A DNA stretch of 64,000 nucleotides, from assembly GCA_022798795.1 (NCBI GenBank), contig JAAWNF010000001.1:953-64952 (forward strand), in the 5' to 3' direction. This DNA comes from Bacilli bacterium (GTDB lineage: Bacteria > Bacillota_I > Bacilli_A > RF39 > UBA660). Shown in pieces: positions 50,386 through 60,166 of the stretch. The number at the start of each line of letters is the position of its first letter. Position 1 is the stretch's first letter. The notes beneath the pieces were generated by a model. The model searched no databases, was not told where the DNA came from, and saw nothing but the letters and a program-made list of their open reading frames with translations. The position numbers and the translations under genes are program-made.

Positions 50386-51525
50386 ATGTTTCGAAAAGGA
50401 AATGACAAAGAACTAAATATGAAAAATGTAAATGAGACTATTTCATTAGCCAAAAAAATACTTCATATTTCATATTTCTTAATTATTATAGTTGGTGCTT
50501 GGGCAGCTATAAAAGTAGTAAAAGAATTAAAAATCTGGGATTTCATAATTGAACTATTAACAATTGTAGCACCTCTTTTTATTGGAATATTTATGGCCTG
50601 GTTATTTGACCCAGCCGTTAAATGGCTTCAAAAGAAAGGAATAAAGAGGACTTTTGGTTCTATGATTATGTATCTTTTATTCCTTGGTTTCTTATTTCTT
50701 TTATTGGCTACAATTATTCCTTTATTATCAGACCAAATTAATGATTTTGTTCAAACATTACCTAAAGTATTTGATTCTGTCAAATCTTGGATTGATGAAG
50801 TTTTTCAAAAATTGTCAGCGATTAAGGACTTTGATGCCGATGCCTTTAAGCTAGATGTATTTAAAAATATAGAAGAATTTGGAGCCAATTTAGCAAGCTC
50901 TCTTCCAACCATGACAGTAGATATCGCAAAATCAATTTTTAGTGGTCTTGGAATTTTCCTAATAGGACTTATTATTGGATTTTATTTATTAATTGGATTT
51001 GACAATGTGAATGATACCATTATTACAATATTTCCTAGGAAGATGCAAAAAGATGCGAGAGAATTAATTACAGAAGTAAATACTTCTTTAAGAAGATTTG
51101 TACAAGGAGCACTACTTGATTCTACATTTGTCTTCATTGTGACATCGATTGGATTATGGTTAGTTGGCTTAAAAGCACCGCTTCTATTTGGACTTTTCTG
51201 TGGGCTTACTAACATTATTCCTTATGTAGGACCTTATATTGGAGGTGCACCAGCAGTGATTGTTGGATTCGCCCAATCTCCAACAACTGGGATATTAGTA
51301 CTTGTAGTAATTGCAGTGATACAATTCTTAGAAGGTAATTTTATTCAAGCTCTTATTATGAGTAAAACTACAAAATTACACCCAGTTACAATTATGTTAG
51401 GATTACTTATTTTTGGTCATTTTTGGGGAATATTAGGAATGCTTATTTCAACTCCAATTATTTCAGTAGTAAAATCCATTGTTCTATTTTTAGACGAAAA
51501 ATATGATATACTAGATTTTAATTAA
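50386..51525 (+). CDS. AI-2E family transporter (UPF0118/PerM-like)
   Basis: Eight TM helices and the family block LFGLFCGLTNIIPYVGPYIGGAPAVIVGF. Confidence 0.75.
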   Translation: MFRKGNDKELNMKNVNETISLAKKILHISYFLIIIVGAWAAIKVVKELKIWDFIIELLTIVAPLFIGIFMAWLFDPAVKWLQKKGIKRTFGSMIMYLLFLGFLFLLLATIIPLLSDQINDFVQTLPKVFDSVKSWIDEVFQKLSAIKDFDADAFKLDVFKNIEEFGANLASSLPTMTVDIAKSIFSGLGIFLIGLIIGFYLLIGFDNVNDTIITIFPRKMQKDARELITEVNTSLRRFVQGALLDSTFVFIVTSIGLWLVGLKAPLLFGLFCGLTNIIPYVGPYIGGAPAVIVGFAQSPTTGILVLVVIAVIQFLEGNFIQALIMSKTTKLHPVTIMLGLLIFGHFWGILGMLISTPIISVVKSIVLFLDEKYDILDFN

Positions 51526-51547
51526 AACAATGATAAAGATTAGTACA

Positions 51548-51718
51548 CAATATTTGTTTTAGTAGAGAACTCATGGTTGGTGAAAATGAGAAAACAAACT
51601 TGTGGAAGCTCCTTTAGAGTGTAGGCAAATCCTACCGGAGAAGTCTCCGTTATCAAAAAAAAGAAGCAATTAGGATGGTACCACGGTTTTTCGTTCCTAG
51701 AAAAATACGTGGTTTTTC
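51548..51718 (+). promoter_or_regulatory. T-box riboswitch leader, presumably Ala-specific, upstream of the kinase-like ORF and alaS
   Basis: Stem I block nearly identical to the serS leader (agtagagaactcatggttggtgaaaatg), F-box tctccgttatc, T-box aattaggatggtaccacgg, and terminator ccacgg...cgtgg followed by ttttt. Confidence 0.75.
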
Positions 51719-51732
51719 TATAATTTGAAAGG

Positions 51733-52296
51733 ATGGATAAAATGAAATTAAAAGAAAAACAACCAAAAATTTTTATTGTATGTGGGAAAGCAAGGCATGG
51801 TAAAGATACCATAGCAGAAATGATTAGAAACTATTATATAGAAAATCATTATGATGTTTTAAATTTACAATATAGTAGTTATATTAAAGAATATGCGAAA
51901 AAAATTAGTAATTGGGATGGGAGTGAAGAAACAAAACCAAGAGAACTTCTACAACAACTTGGAACTAATGTCATTCGCGATAAGATTGATGAAGCGTTTT
52001 TTGTAAAGAAAATCGTGGATGATATTAAAGTTTATTCTTTCTTCTTTGATGTGTTAACAATTTCCGATGCAAGATTTAAAATAGAAGTTGATACACCAAG
52101 GGATAATTTTGAAAACGTTGTTATTATTCGAGTAAATCGGCCTAATTTTGATAATGGTTTAACAGAAGAACAAAAAATGCATAGAACAGAAACGGATTTA
52201 GATAATTATGCAAACTATGATTATGTGATTGAAAATGATGGAAGTTTAGAAGACTTAAAAGAAAAAGTAAATGATATTTTAAAACAAGAGGTGTAG
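51733..52296 (+). CDS. P-loop NTPase, nucleotide/deoxynucleotide-monophosphate-kinase-like
   Basis: Walker A IFIVCGKARHGKDT resembles the phage T5-type dNMP kinase G.ARSGKDT. 187 aa, and its end overlaps the alaS RBS. Confidence 0.4.
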   Translation: MDKMKLKEKQPKIFIVCGKARHGKDTIAEMIRNYYIENHYDVLNLQYSSYIKEYAKKISNWDGSEETKPRELLQQLGTNVIRDKIDEAFFVKKIVDDIKVYSFFFDVLTISDARFKIEVDTPRDNFENVVIIRVNRPNFDNGLTEEQKMHRTETDLDNYANYDYVIENDGSLEDLKEKVNDILKQEV

Positions 52297-52299
52297 AAT

Positions 52300-55005
52300 A
52301 TGGAAAAATTAACAGGAAATGAAATGAGGGACTTATGGTTTCAGTTTTGGGAAAGCAAAGGACATCAAGTACTAGAAAGTGCTTCATTAGTACCAATCAA
52401 TGACCCTACTTTATTGTGGATTAATGCAGGAGTGACACCTTTAAAAAAATATTTTGATGGAAGTATTGTTCCTGATAATAGAAGAATCTGTAGTAGTCAA
52501 AAATGCATTCGTACCAATGATATTGAAAATGTTGGAAAAACAGCTCGTCATCAAACTTTCTTTGAAATGCTTGGAAACTTTTCTATTGGTGATTATTTTA
52601 AAGAAGAAGCAATAACTTGGGCATTTGAATTTCTAACAAGTCCAGAGTGGATTGGTTTTGATAAAGAAAAACTTTACATGACCATTTATCCAAATGATGA
52701 AGTAGCATATAACACTTGGATTAAAGTTGGAGTAGACCCTTCTCACATTATCAAATTAGAAGGAAACTTCTGGGAAATCGGACCAGGACCAAGCGGACCA
52801 GATAGTGAAATTTTTTATGATAGAGGAGAGAAATATGACCCTGAAAATTTAGGGATTAAATTGTTACAAGATGATATTGAAAATGACCGCTATATTGAAA
52901 TATGGAATAATGTATTTAGTCAATATAATGCGAAAGCAGGAATTCCAAGAGAAGAATATCCAGAACTTCCAAGTAAAAATATTGATACTGGAATGGGATT
53001 AGAAAGAATGCTTTCTATTTTACAAGAAGTGGATACCAATTTTGATACGGATTTGTTTCTTCCTATTATTGAAAAAACAGAAGAAATAAGTGGGAAAAAA
53101 TACAATGGAGAAATGGCGTTTAAAGTAATTGCAGACCACATTAGAACAATTACCTTTGCCCTTTCAGATGGCGCTAATTTTGGAAATAATGGAAGAAATT
53201 ATGTTCTTAGACGATTATTACGTAGAGCAGTTCGCTATGGGAAAGTACTAGGTATTGAAAGACCGTTTTTAAAAGAATTGGTACCAGTAGTGGTTTCGAT
53301 TATGGAATATGCTTATCCAAATTTACGTTCCCATGAACTTTCTGTTATGGAAAAAATAAACAAAGAAGAAGAACTTTTTATGAAAACACTTGCAAAAGGA
53401 GAAAAAAGATTACAAGAGTTATTTGAAACAAGTACAGATAAAACCATTAGTGGTGAGGAAGCATTTAAATTATATGATACTTATGGCTTTCCATTTGAAC
53501 TAACACTAGAATATGCAGAAGAAAAAGGCTTTACAGTATCTAAAGAAGCCTTTGATACTTGTATGAAAATACAAAAAGATCTAGCTAGAGAAAGTAGAAG
53601 TAAAGCAACAAGTATGAATATTCAAAATGAAGAATTATTAAATTTTAAAGAAGAAAGTCTTTTTGTAGGTTATGATACATTAAAAATAGAGACTACTATT
53701 TTAAGATTATTTAATGGAGAAAAGTTTGTAGAAACATTAGAAAATTCTGGATATATTGTGTTAGAAGAAACTCCATTTTATGCAGAAAGTGGTGGACAAA
53801 TTTCTGATATTGGGACTATTATAGATGGAAATATTATGATAGAAGTAGAAGATTCGTTCAAAGGTCCAAATAAACAACATTTTCACTATGTAACCTTTGA
53901 TGGTGTTCTAAAAGTAGGAGATAAAGTAATCGCTAGTGTGAATGAAGAATTTAGACATCATGTTATGTGTAATCATAGTGCTGCTCATGTTCTTCAAAGA
54001 ACGTTACAGGAAGTATTAGGAGAAAGTGTCCATCAAGCTGGTTCTGCAATTGATAATGAAAATGTTCGTTTTGATATTCATTATGAAGGTAAAATTTCAA
54101 AAGATGAATTAATAAAAGTAGAAGAACGTGTCAATGAACGTATTGCAACAAAAGTGGATACAAAAACAGAAATTTTAACATTAGAAGAAGCCAAACAAAC
54201 AGGAGCAATGGCATTGTTTGATGAAAAATATGGAGATAAAGTAAGAGTTGTTACAATTGGTGACTCTAAAGAATTATGTGCTGGAACACATGTGAAAAAT
54301 ATTGGAGAAATAGAACGTTTCGCAATTGTATCTTTAGAATCAAAAGGAAGCAATGTATATCGAATTGTTGGAGCAACAGGAGATAGAATAGAGTCCTCTT
54401 TATTTGCTGCAATCAAACCATATAATGATGAGATGATGAAATTATTATCAAAAGCAAAAAGAATTATTGAAGAAGGGAGACAAGAAGAAATTATTTTAGA
54501 ATTTAATTTTAATATTAACAATGATGCTCCTCACACTTATAAAGATATTGTATTTAATCTAAATGAAATGGAAACGATTAAAAAGAGTGTAATGGAATTA
54601 GAAAAACGATATTTAGAAGAAAAGTCCAAAAAAGCACTTCAAAACTTAGATGTATTTGTAAAACAAAAAGAAAAAATTGGAAATATAGAAACAATTATTG
54701 TGAAAGTAGAAAATTATGATTTAAATATTTTAAAGCAAGTAATAGATGCTCTTTTAAACAGTTTAAACAATGGATTTATTTTTATTGCAACTGTGAACAA
54801 TGGGAATGTAAATATATTAGCCAAAGCTCATGCTGATTTAAAAGACAAAATACATTGTGGAAATATGGTAAAAGAAGCAGCTTTAAAATCGAATGGTTCA
54901 GGAGGAGGAAGTCCTATTTTTGCCCAAGGTGGTGGAAAGGATGCAAGTGCATTAGATGAAATTTTGAAAACGATAAAAAAACAAATAGAGGAACTAGCAA
55001 AATAG
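52300..55005 (+). CDS. alaS: Alanyl-tRNA synthetase
   Basis: ~901 aa. Class II catalytic core (FWEIGPGPSGPDSEIFYDRG), editing-domain HxxxH...CxxxH (HSAAHVLQ...CAGTHV), and a C-terminal DHHA1-like domain. Confidence 0.95.
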   Translation: MEKLTGNEMRDLWFQFWESKGHQVLESASLVPINDPTLLWINAGVTPLKKYFDGSIVPDNRRICSSQKCIRTNDIENVGKTARHQTFFEMLGNFSIGDYFKEEAITWAFEFLTSPEWIGFDKEKLYMTIYPNDEVAYNTWIKVGVDPSHIIKLEGNFWEIGPGPSGPDSEIFYDRGEKYDPENLGIKLLQDDIENDRYIEIWNNVFSQYNAKAGIPREEYPELPSKNIDTGMGLERMLSILQEVDTNFDTDLFLPIIEKTEEISGKKYNGEMAFKVIADHIRTITFALSDGANFGNNGRNYVLRRLLRRAVRYGKVLGIERPFLKELVPVVVSIMEYAYPNLRSHELSVMEKINKEEELFMKTLAKGEKRLQELFETSTDKTISGEEAFKLYDTYGFPFELTLEYAEEKGFTVSKEAFDTCMKIQKDLARESRSKATSMNIQNEELLNFKEESLFVGYDTLKIETTILRLFNGEKFVETLENSGYIVLEETPFYAESGGQISDIGTIIDGNIMIEVEDSFKGPNKQHFHYVTFDGVLKVGDKVIASVNEEFRHHVMCNHSAAHVLQRTLQEVLGESVHQAGSAIDNENVRFDIHYEGKISKDELIKVEERVNERIATKVDTKTEILTLEEAKQTGAMALFDEKYGDKVRVVTIGDSKELCAGTHVKNIGEIERFAIVSLESKGSNVYRIVGATGDRIESSLFAAIKPYNDEMMKLLSKAKRIIEEGRQEEIILEFNFNINNDAPHTYKDIVFNLNEMETIKKSVMELEKRYLEEKSKKALQNLDVFVKQKEKIGNIETIIVKVENYDLNILKQVIDALLNSLNNGFIFIATVNNGNVNILAKAHADLKDKIHCGNMVKEAALKSNGSGGGSPIFAQGGGKDASALDEILKTIKKQIEELAK

Positions 55006-55147
55006 TTTCTCTTTCTACTATAATAAGATGAAATTCATAAAATCCTTAGAAAATAAAAAAAGATTGGAGGAAGATTCACATATTTAATCTTGAATGATTG
55101 CAATAAATTATAATATTTGATAAAATGAAGTTGTATTCATAAAGTAG

Positions 55148-55399
55148 GTGATGAATTTGGGAGAAACAAAAGTTTATAATGGTGATGAATTTGAAAGTGC
55201 ACTTATTGAGAACACAATTGCAGAAGTTGCACAAATTTTAGAAGAAAGGGGATACAATCCAATCAATCAAATTGTTGGATATTTGATGAGTGGAGACCCT
55301 GGCTATATTTCTAGTCATAAAGAAGCTAGAAAAAAAATTCTTCAATATGACCAGGCAAAAATCTTAGAAGTAATGGTAAGAAAGTTTTTGAGTAAATGA
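55148..55399 (+). CDS. ireB: IreB-family regulatory phosphoprotein (UPF0297, YrzL-like)
   Basis: Conserved block GYNPINQIVGYLMSGDPGYISSHKEAR. Located after alaS as yrzL is in B. subtilis. The exact start is uncertain among GTG 55148, ATG 55151 and TTG 55157. Confidence 0.75.
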   Translation: MMNLGETKVYNGDEFESALIENTIAEVAQILEERGYNPINQIVGYLMSGDPGYISSHKEARKKILQYDQAKILEVMVRKFLSK

Positions 55400-55824
55400 G
55401 ATATTTAGGTTTAGACCTTGGAACAAGAACTCTAGGAATGTCGATTTCGGATATCACTGCAACAATTGCAAATTCTTATAAAACAATTCGTTTTGATGAG
55501 GGAGACTATGACTCTATTATTCCCGAATTAAAAAATGTTATAGAAGAATATAATATCGAAAAAGTTGTTTTAGGATTTCCAAAAAATATGAATAATACAA
55601 TTGGAGATAGAGGAATTACAACTCTAAACTTCAAAGAAAAATTAGAACAGTTTCTAAATATCGAAGTAATTATGCAAGATGAGAGATTGTCAACTGTAGA
55701 AGCAACACATTATATGGTAGAAGCCGATATGTCGCGAAAGAAAAGAAAAAAGAAAATTGATAGCTTAGCAGCAAATATTATATTACAGACTTATTTAGAT
55801 AAAATGAAAGGAAGAGATTTATGA
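55396..55824 (+). CDS. ruvX: YqgF/RuvX Holliday-junction-resolvase-like pre-16S rRNA nuclease
   Basis: RNase H-fold N-terminus MRYLGLDLGTRTLGMSISD. 142 aa. Confidence 0.85.
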   Translation: MRYLGLDLGTRTLGMSISDITATIANSYKTIRFDEGDYDSIIPELKNVIEEYNIEKVVLGFPKNMNNTIGDRGITTLNFKEKLEQFLNIEVIMQDERLSTVEATHYMVEADMSRKKRKKKIDSLAANIILQTYLDKMKGRDL

Positions 55825-56108
55825 GCGAAGAAAGAATGACATTTAAAGTTACAGATGAAGCAGGAAAAGAAATAGAATGTGAGGTTTTATTTACTTTTGA
55901 ATCAGATGAAACAAAGAAAAATTATATGGTATACACAGATAATACAACAGATGATGAAGGAAATACTAAGGTATATGCTTCCATTTATAATCCAAATGAA
56001 GCAGAAACAAAACTAATTCCAATAGAGACTGAAAAAGAGTGGAAAATTATTGAAACTATTTTAGAAGAATTACAAACAAAAGCAGCAGAAAGTATGAACG
56101 AGCAGTAG
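55821..56108 (+). CDS. DUF1292 (UPF0473, YrzB-like) protein
   Basis: 95 aa. The pattern F.V.DE.G.E.E.EVLF.FE...K.YMVYTD is typical of DUF1292. The synteny matches ireB-ruvX-yrzB-mltG. Confidence 0.7.
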   Translation: MSEERMTFKVTDEAGKEIECEVLFTFESDETKKNYMVYTDNTTDDEGNTKVYASIYNPNEAETKLIPIETEKEWKIIETILEELQTKAAESMNEQ

Positions 56109-56123
56109 CTCGTTTTTAGCGTT

Positions 56124-57218
56124 ATGGCGAAAAGAAAAATAAAGTCTAGCGTCAAAAAAGGGATTTTTGGTTTTGTTGTGTTTGTAATTTTTGTTATTGT
56201 TATTTTATATTTTTTATATCAGTGGGGATTAAAACCAGTTACAAATAAAAATACACCTGTTGAATTTACAATTACACCAGGGCAAACTTATTTAACGATT
56301 GCAAAAGAATTAAAAGAAAAAAATTTAATCAATTCTGAATTAGTTTATAAAATTTATATAAAGTTAAAAAAACCAAGCAATTTTAGAGCAGGAACTTTTT
56401 CATTAAATCAAAATATGGGAGTAGAGAAAATAATTCACGCATTATCTAATGATAGTGAGCTTACAACAGAAGCTATTACAATTACTTTCCCAGAAGGAAA
56501 GCATATGAGAGGGATTGCTAAGATTATTGTGAATAAAACAAATAATAAAGAAGAGGAAATTTATGAAGTTTTAAAAGATGAAACCTATTTAAAAGAATTG
56601 ATAAATGAATATTGGTTTTTAGATGAGAGTATCTTAAATACAAAACTTTATTATTCTTTAGAGGGATATTTATTTCCAAATACCTATGAATTTAAAAATA
56701 AAAATGTGACAGTAAAAGAAATATTTAAAACGATGTTAAACGAAACAGGAAAACAATTAGAAAAATATCAAAAAGAAATTGAAAAAAGCGAGTATTCTCT
56801 TCACGAAATGTTAACACTTGCTTCTATTATAGAATTAGAAGCAGCAGGAAGTGATGATAGAGCAGGAGTCGCTGGTGTATTTTATAATAGGCTAAAATCT
56901 GGATGGTCTTTGGGAAGTGATGTAACCACTTATTATGGAGCAAAAGTAGAAATGAGTGATCGTGACTTATATCAAAGTGAAATAGATGAAGTAAATGATT
57001 ATAATACAAGAGTGACTAAAATGGCTGGGAAATTACCAGTTGGTCCAATTTGTAATCCTGGAATGGATGCAATAGAAGCTTCTATTGAACCAAAAGAACA
57101 TAACAATTATTTTTTTGTAGCAGATAAAAATGGAAAGACTTATTTTAGTAAAACGAATAGTGAACATGAAAAAACTGTTGCGAAATTAAAAAAAGAGGGA
57201 TTATGGTACGAATATTAA
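56124..57218 (+). CDS. mltG: Endolytic murein transglycosylase MltG (YceG-like)
   Basis: N-terminal TM plus a YceG domain (LASIIELEAAGSDDRAGVAGVFYNRL...YNTRVTKMAGKLPVGPICNPG). Confidence 0.85.
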   Translation: MAKRKIKSSVKKGIFGFVVFVIFVIVILYFLYQWGLKPVTNKNTPVEFTITPGQTYLTIAKELKEKNLINSELVYKIYIKLKKPSNFRAGTFSLNQNMGVEKIIHALSNDSELTTEAITITFPEGKHMRGIAKIIVNKTNNKEEEIYEVLKDETYLKELINEYWFLDESILNTKLYYSLEGYLFPNTYEFKNKNVTVKEIFKTMLNETGKQLEKYQKEIEKSEYSLHEMLTLASIIELEAAGSDDRAGVAGVFYNRLKSGWSLGSDVTTYYGAKVEMSDRDLYQSEIDEVNDYNTRVTKMAGKLPVGPICNPGMDAIEASIEPKEHNNYFFVADKNGKTYFSKTNSEHEKTVAKLKKEGLWYEY

Positions 57219-57787
57219 TAGAAGAAATGGAAGCATATGCGAAAGAAAATAATGTTCCAATTATGCTATCTGACGGAATCAGCTTTTTAGAAAATTATAT
57301 AAGAGAACATCATGTAAAAAAGATTTTGGAACTAGGTACAGCGATTGGATATTCTGCAATTAGAATGGCTCTTATTTCTAAGGATATTCAAGTTATAACA
57401 ATAGAAAGAGACAATGAACGTTATCAAAAAGCGATTGAAAATATTAAAAAAACGAATCTTGAAAATCAAATCTGTGTATTCAATCAAGATATTATGGATT
57501 TTGAAACGAAAGAAGAATTTGATTTAATTTTTATAGATGCAGCAAAAAGTCAATATATAAAATTTTTTGAAAAATTTTCTCCTAATTTAGTAAAAGGTGG
57601 AACGATTATTTCTGATAATTTGAATTTTCATGGATATACCAAACAAGAGACGAGAATCGAAAGTAAAAATTTACGACAAATGGTTGGAAAAATTAGAAAT
57701 TACATTGAATTTTTAAAAGAGAATAAAAAATTTGAAACAATTTTTTTAGAACTTGGAGATGGCATTGGGATTAGTGTAAAATTGTAA
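57203..57787 (+). CDS. trmR: Class I SAM-dependent O-methyltransferase, TrmR/YrrM-like (tRNA ho5U methyltransferase)
   Basis: SAM motif ILELGTAIGYSAIRMA and DLIFIDAAK. Sits in the yrrL(mltG)-yrrM-yrrN-yrrO arrangement. Confidence 0.65.
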   Translation: MVRILIEEMEAYAKENNVPIMLSDGISFLENYIREHHVKKILELGTAIGYSAIRMALISKDIQVITIERDNERYQKAIENIKKTNLENQICVFNQDIMDFETKEEFDLIFIDAAKSQYIKFFEKFSPNLVKGGTIISDNLNFHGYTKQETRIESKNLRQMVGKIRNYIEFLKENKKFETIFLELGDGIGISVKL

Positions 57788-57798
57788 GGTGGTGCAAA

Positions 57799-59214
57799 AT
57801 GGAAAAGTTTGCTTATATTGGAGCCTCAGAACATGGTTTGTATTTGGAGACTAAAGTGATGGAAAAATCTGGAGAAAAGTATCGAAAAAGAACAAATAAA
57901 GAAGATACTATTCAAAGATTTATTAATCAAAATGCAACACGTTTCATAGATGCTATAGTAACTGGAGATAATTTAACATTATATACTGCTGATAAGGTTA
58001 CAATTATTGTTAGAAAGTATGCTCAATTACAGGATGAGCCCTTATTAAGAGTCTTATTCAGAAGGTTAAATAGAGCTCCAATTGTTTCAGAAAACTTAAA
58101 ACAAAATAAAAAAAGTAATGTATTTCAATTGCTTCAATTAAAAATTTTATATGCAAATAAGAAGAGACTAGCTGCCCTTGCATTATCAGGGACATTACTA
58201 GTGACTACTGGTGCCATTTTTTTAGAACAAAAAAGTTTGAATCAACAAGAACCAGTAGCAGAAATATCTAGTTTTTTGGTGGGACAAGAATCTTATTTTA
58301 AAGAAAAAGACAAAGTGGAAGAACAAATTGTGAAAGATGTAGAAAACTTATCAGAAATTACATCATTAGACGTTTTTAAGCGATTAGAGGAAACTGAGGA
58401 ACTTCAAAAAAATTATAACAGTTATGATAATTCTAAAATTATGTTAGGTGCAAGAGTAAATAGAGAAAGAATAGAAGCTATTTTTGATAGTGAAAGAGGG
58501 AAAACTATTATAGAAACAGCGATTGCCTATGGAATAGACCCATATATATTACTTGCAAAAGGTTTAACAGAATCAAATTTAGAACATGAGGCTTGCCTTC
58601 CAAATGGAAGTCGCTATAATGGATATGGAGTAGGTGCCTTTCAATTGGAATCTCCAGATGGAAGAATTGTAAAAGCATGGAATTATGAAACCCAAAGTGA
58701 AGAAAGTTTATCCATAACAATGGAAAATGCGATAGATTTTAAAAATAATACAAAAGCAGCAGCAATGTATTTTCAAAACAGAATTAATTTATATAATGGG
58801 AATATCTATTTAGCGCTTCAATCTTATAATTATGGGCAAGGAATGATGCGAATTATTATACATGATTATGCGAAACAAATGGGGATTACTGAAGAAGAAG
58901 TGAAAAATAATTTTAATGATTTGGGTTGGCTTAAGATAGTCCAGGATGTTCATCTTAACCCAAATAATTATTACTATCGTGTTATGCTTGATTTAGATGA
59001 AACAGACCTAGAAATTATTCAGGAAGCCCAAAAAAAATATGTGTGGAAGCATAGTACTTATGGAAATCCTCATTATATTGCAGATGTTCTTTCTTATTAT
59101 GTTGGATTAGAATCTCAAAATCAAAATTTAAGTGGAACAACTTCGGTTATCAATTTTAGCAACAATGAGGTAAAAGAAATTTCTAGAAATGATACAATAT
59201 TAAAGGTATTTTAA
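57799..59214 (+). CDS. Membrane-anchored protein with a C-terminal lytic-transglycosylase (SLT)-like domain
   Basis: Central TM (LAALALSGTLLVTTGAIFL). SLT-like blocks: the catalytic E-S context (AKGLTESNLEH), GYGVGAFQLE and ALQSYNYGQGMM. The N-terminal ~110 aa are cytoplasmic and of unknown function. Confidence 0.5.
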   Translation: MEKFAYIGASEHGLYLETKVMEKSGEKYRKRTNKEDTIQRFINQNATRFIDAIVTGDNLTLYTADKVTIIVRKYAQLQDEPLLRVLFRRLNRAPIVSENLKQNKKSNVFQLLQLKILYANKKRLAALALSGTLLVTTGAIFLEQKSLNQQEPVAEISSFLVGQESYFKEKDKVEEQIVKDVENLSEITSLDVFKRLEETEELQKNYNSYDNSKIMLGARVNRERIEAIFDSERGKTIIETAIAYGIDPYILLAKGLTESNLEHEACLPNGSRYNGYGVGAFQLESPDGRIVKAWNYETQSEESLSITMENAIDFKNNTKAAAMYFQNRINLYNGNIYLALQSYNYGQGMMRIIIHDYAKQMGITEEEVKNNFNDLGWLKIVQDVHLNPNNYYYRVMLDLDETDLEIIQEAQKKYVWKHSTYGNPHYIADVLSYYVGLESQNQNLSGTTSVINFSNNEVKEISRNDTILKVF

Positions 59215-59302
59215 AAATAATAACAAATACAGATTTTAAATACATTCTGTATTTTTTGCTATTTCAAGACAATTTTGTTATAATATGGTGGGATGTGAGA
59301 GT

Positions 59303-60166
59303 ATGAAAATATTGACAATACCAAGTACAAAATCGGAGGAAATTTTAACAGATGGTGTTATTTTAGGAATCCAAGATTTGAGTGTAAATTTACCTTTTTA
59401 TATTCAAGTAGATGATTTGAATCAATATAAAAATTTAAAAAAGGAAGGTAAAAAAATTTTTATTATGTTAAACAAAAATATGCATAATAAAGATTTGGAA
59501 CAATTAAGAAAAGTCATGATAGAGTTAGAACAATATTCTATTGATGGAGTATTTTATTATGATATCAGTGTTGTTAATTTAAAAAAAGAATTGCGAGTAT
59601 CTTATCCGATTATTTGGAGTCAAGAACATATGACTACGAATGCAGGAACTTGTAATTTTTGGGCATCTCATGGTGTAGAAGGCGCTTATTTATCTAGTGA
59701 AATTACGCTAGAAGAAATAAAAGAAATTAGAAGAAATACAGATATTTCTTTATTTGTAAATATTTTTGGTTATCTTCCAATGTTTGATTCTAAAAGACAT
59801 TTGGTAAAAAATTATTTAGAGTGCTTTCAGTTAGAAAAAAATGGAGATTTATATTATTTAGAGAAAGAAGGAAATACTTATCCAATTGTTGATGACAAAA
59901 ATGGTACAACTGTCTATTCTGCTCATATTTTGAATGCAATAAAAGAAGTATTAGAATTAAAGAACATGGGAATTGAATATGCAGTACTAAATAGCTTTTT
60001 GATAGAGGAAAGTGTTTTTAATCAAGTTATAAATTTACTACAAAATTTGACAGAAGAAAACAAAGAACAAGTAGAAAATGATGTCAACGAGTTGTGTAAA
60101 CAGAATGTTGACAAAGGGTTTTTATATACAGAAACTATATATAAAATAAAGGGGGAAAAAGAATGA
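59303..60166 (+). CDS. U32-family protein (YrrN-like partner; predicted tRNA ho5U hydroxylation system)
   Basis: Position and size match B. subtilis yrrN upstream of the canonical U32 peptidase. Start at 59303 after the RBS gtgagag. Confidence 0.55.
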   Translation: MKILTIPSTKSEEILTDGVILGIQDLSVNLPFYIQVDDLNQYKNLKKEGKKIFIMLNKNMHNKDLEQLRKVMIELEQYSIDGVFYYDISVVNLKKELRVSYPIIWSQEHMTTNAGTCNFWASHGVEGAYLSSEITLEEIKEIRRNTDISLFVNIFGYLPMFDSKRHLVKNYLECFQLEKNGDLYYLEKEGNTYPIVDDKNGTTVYSAHILNAIKEVLELKNMGIEYAVLNSFLIEESVFNQVINLLQNLTEENKEQVENDVNELCKQNVDKGFLYTETIYKIKGEKE

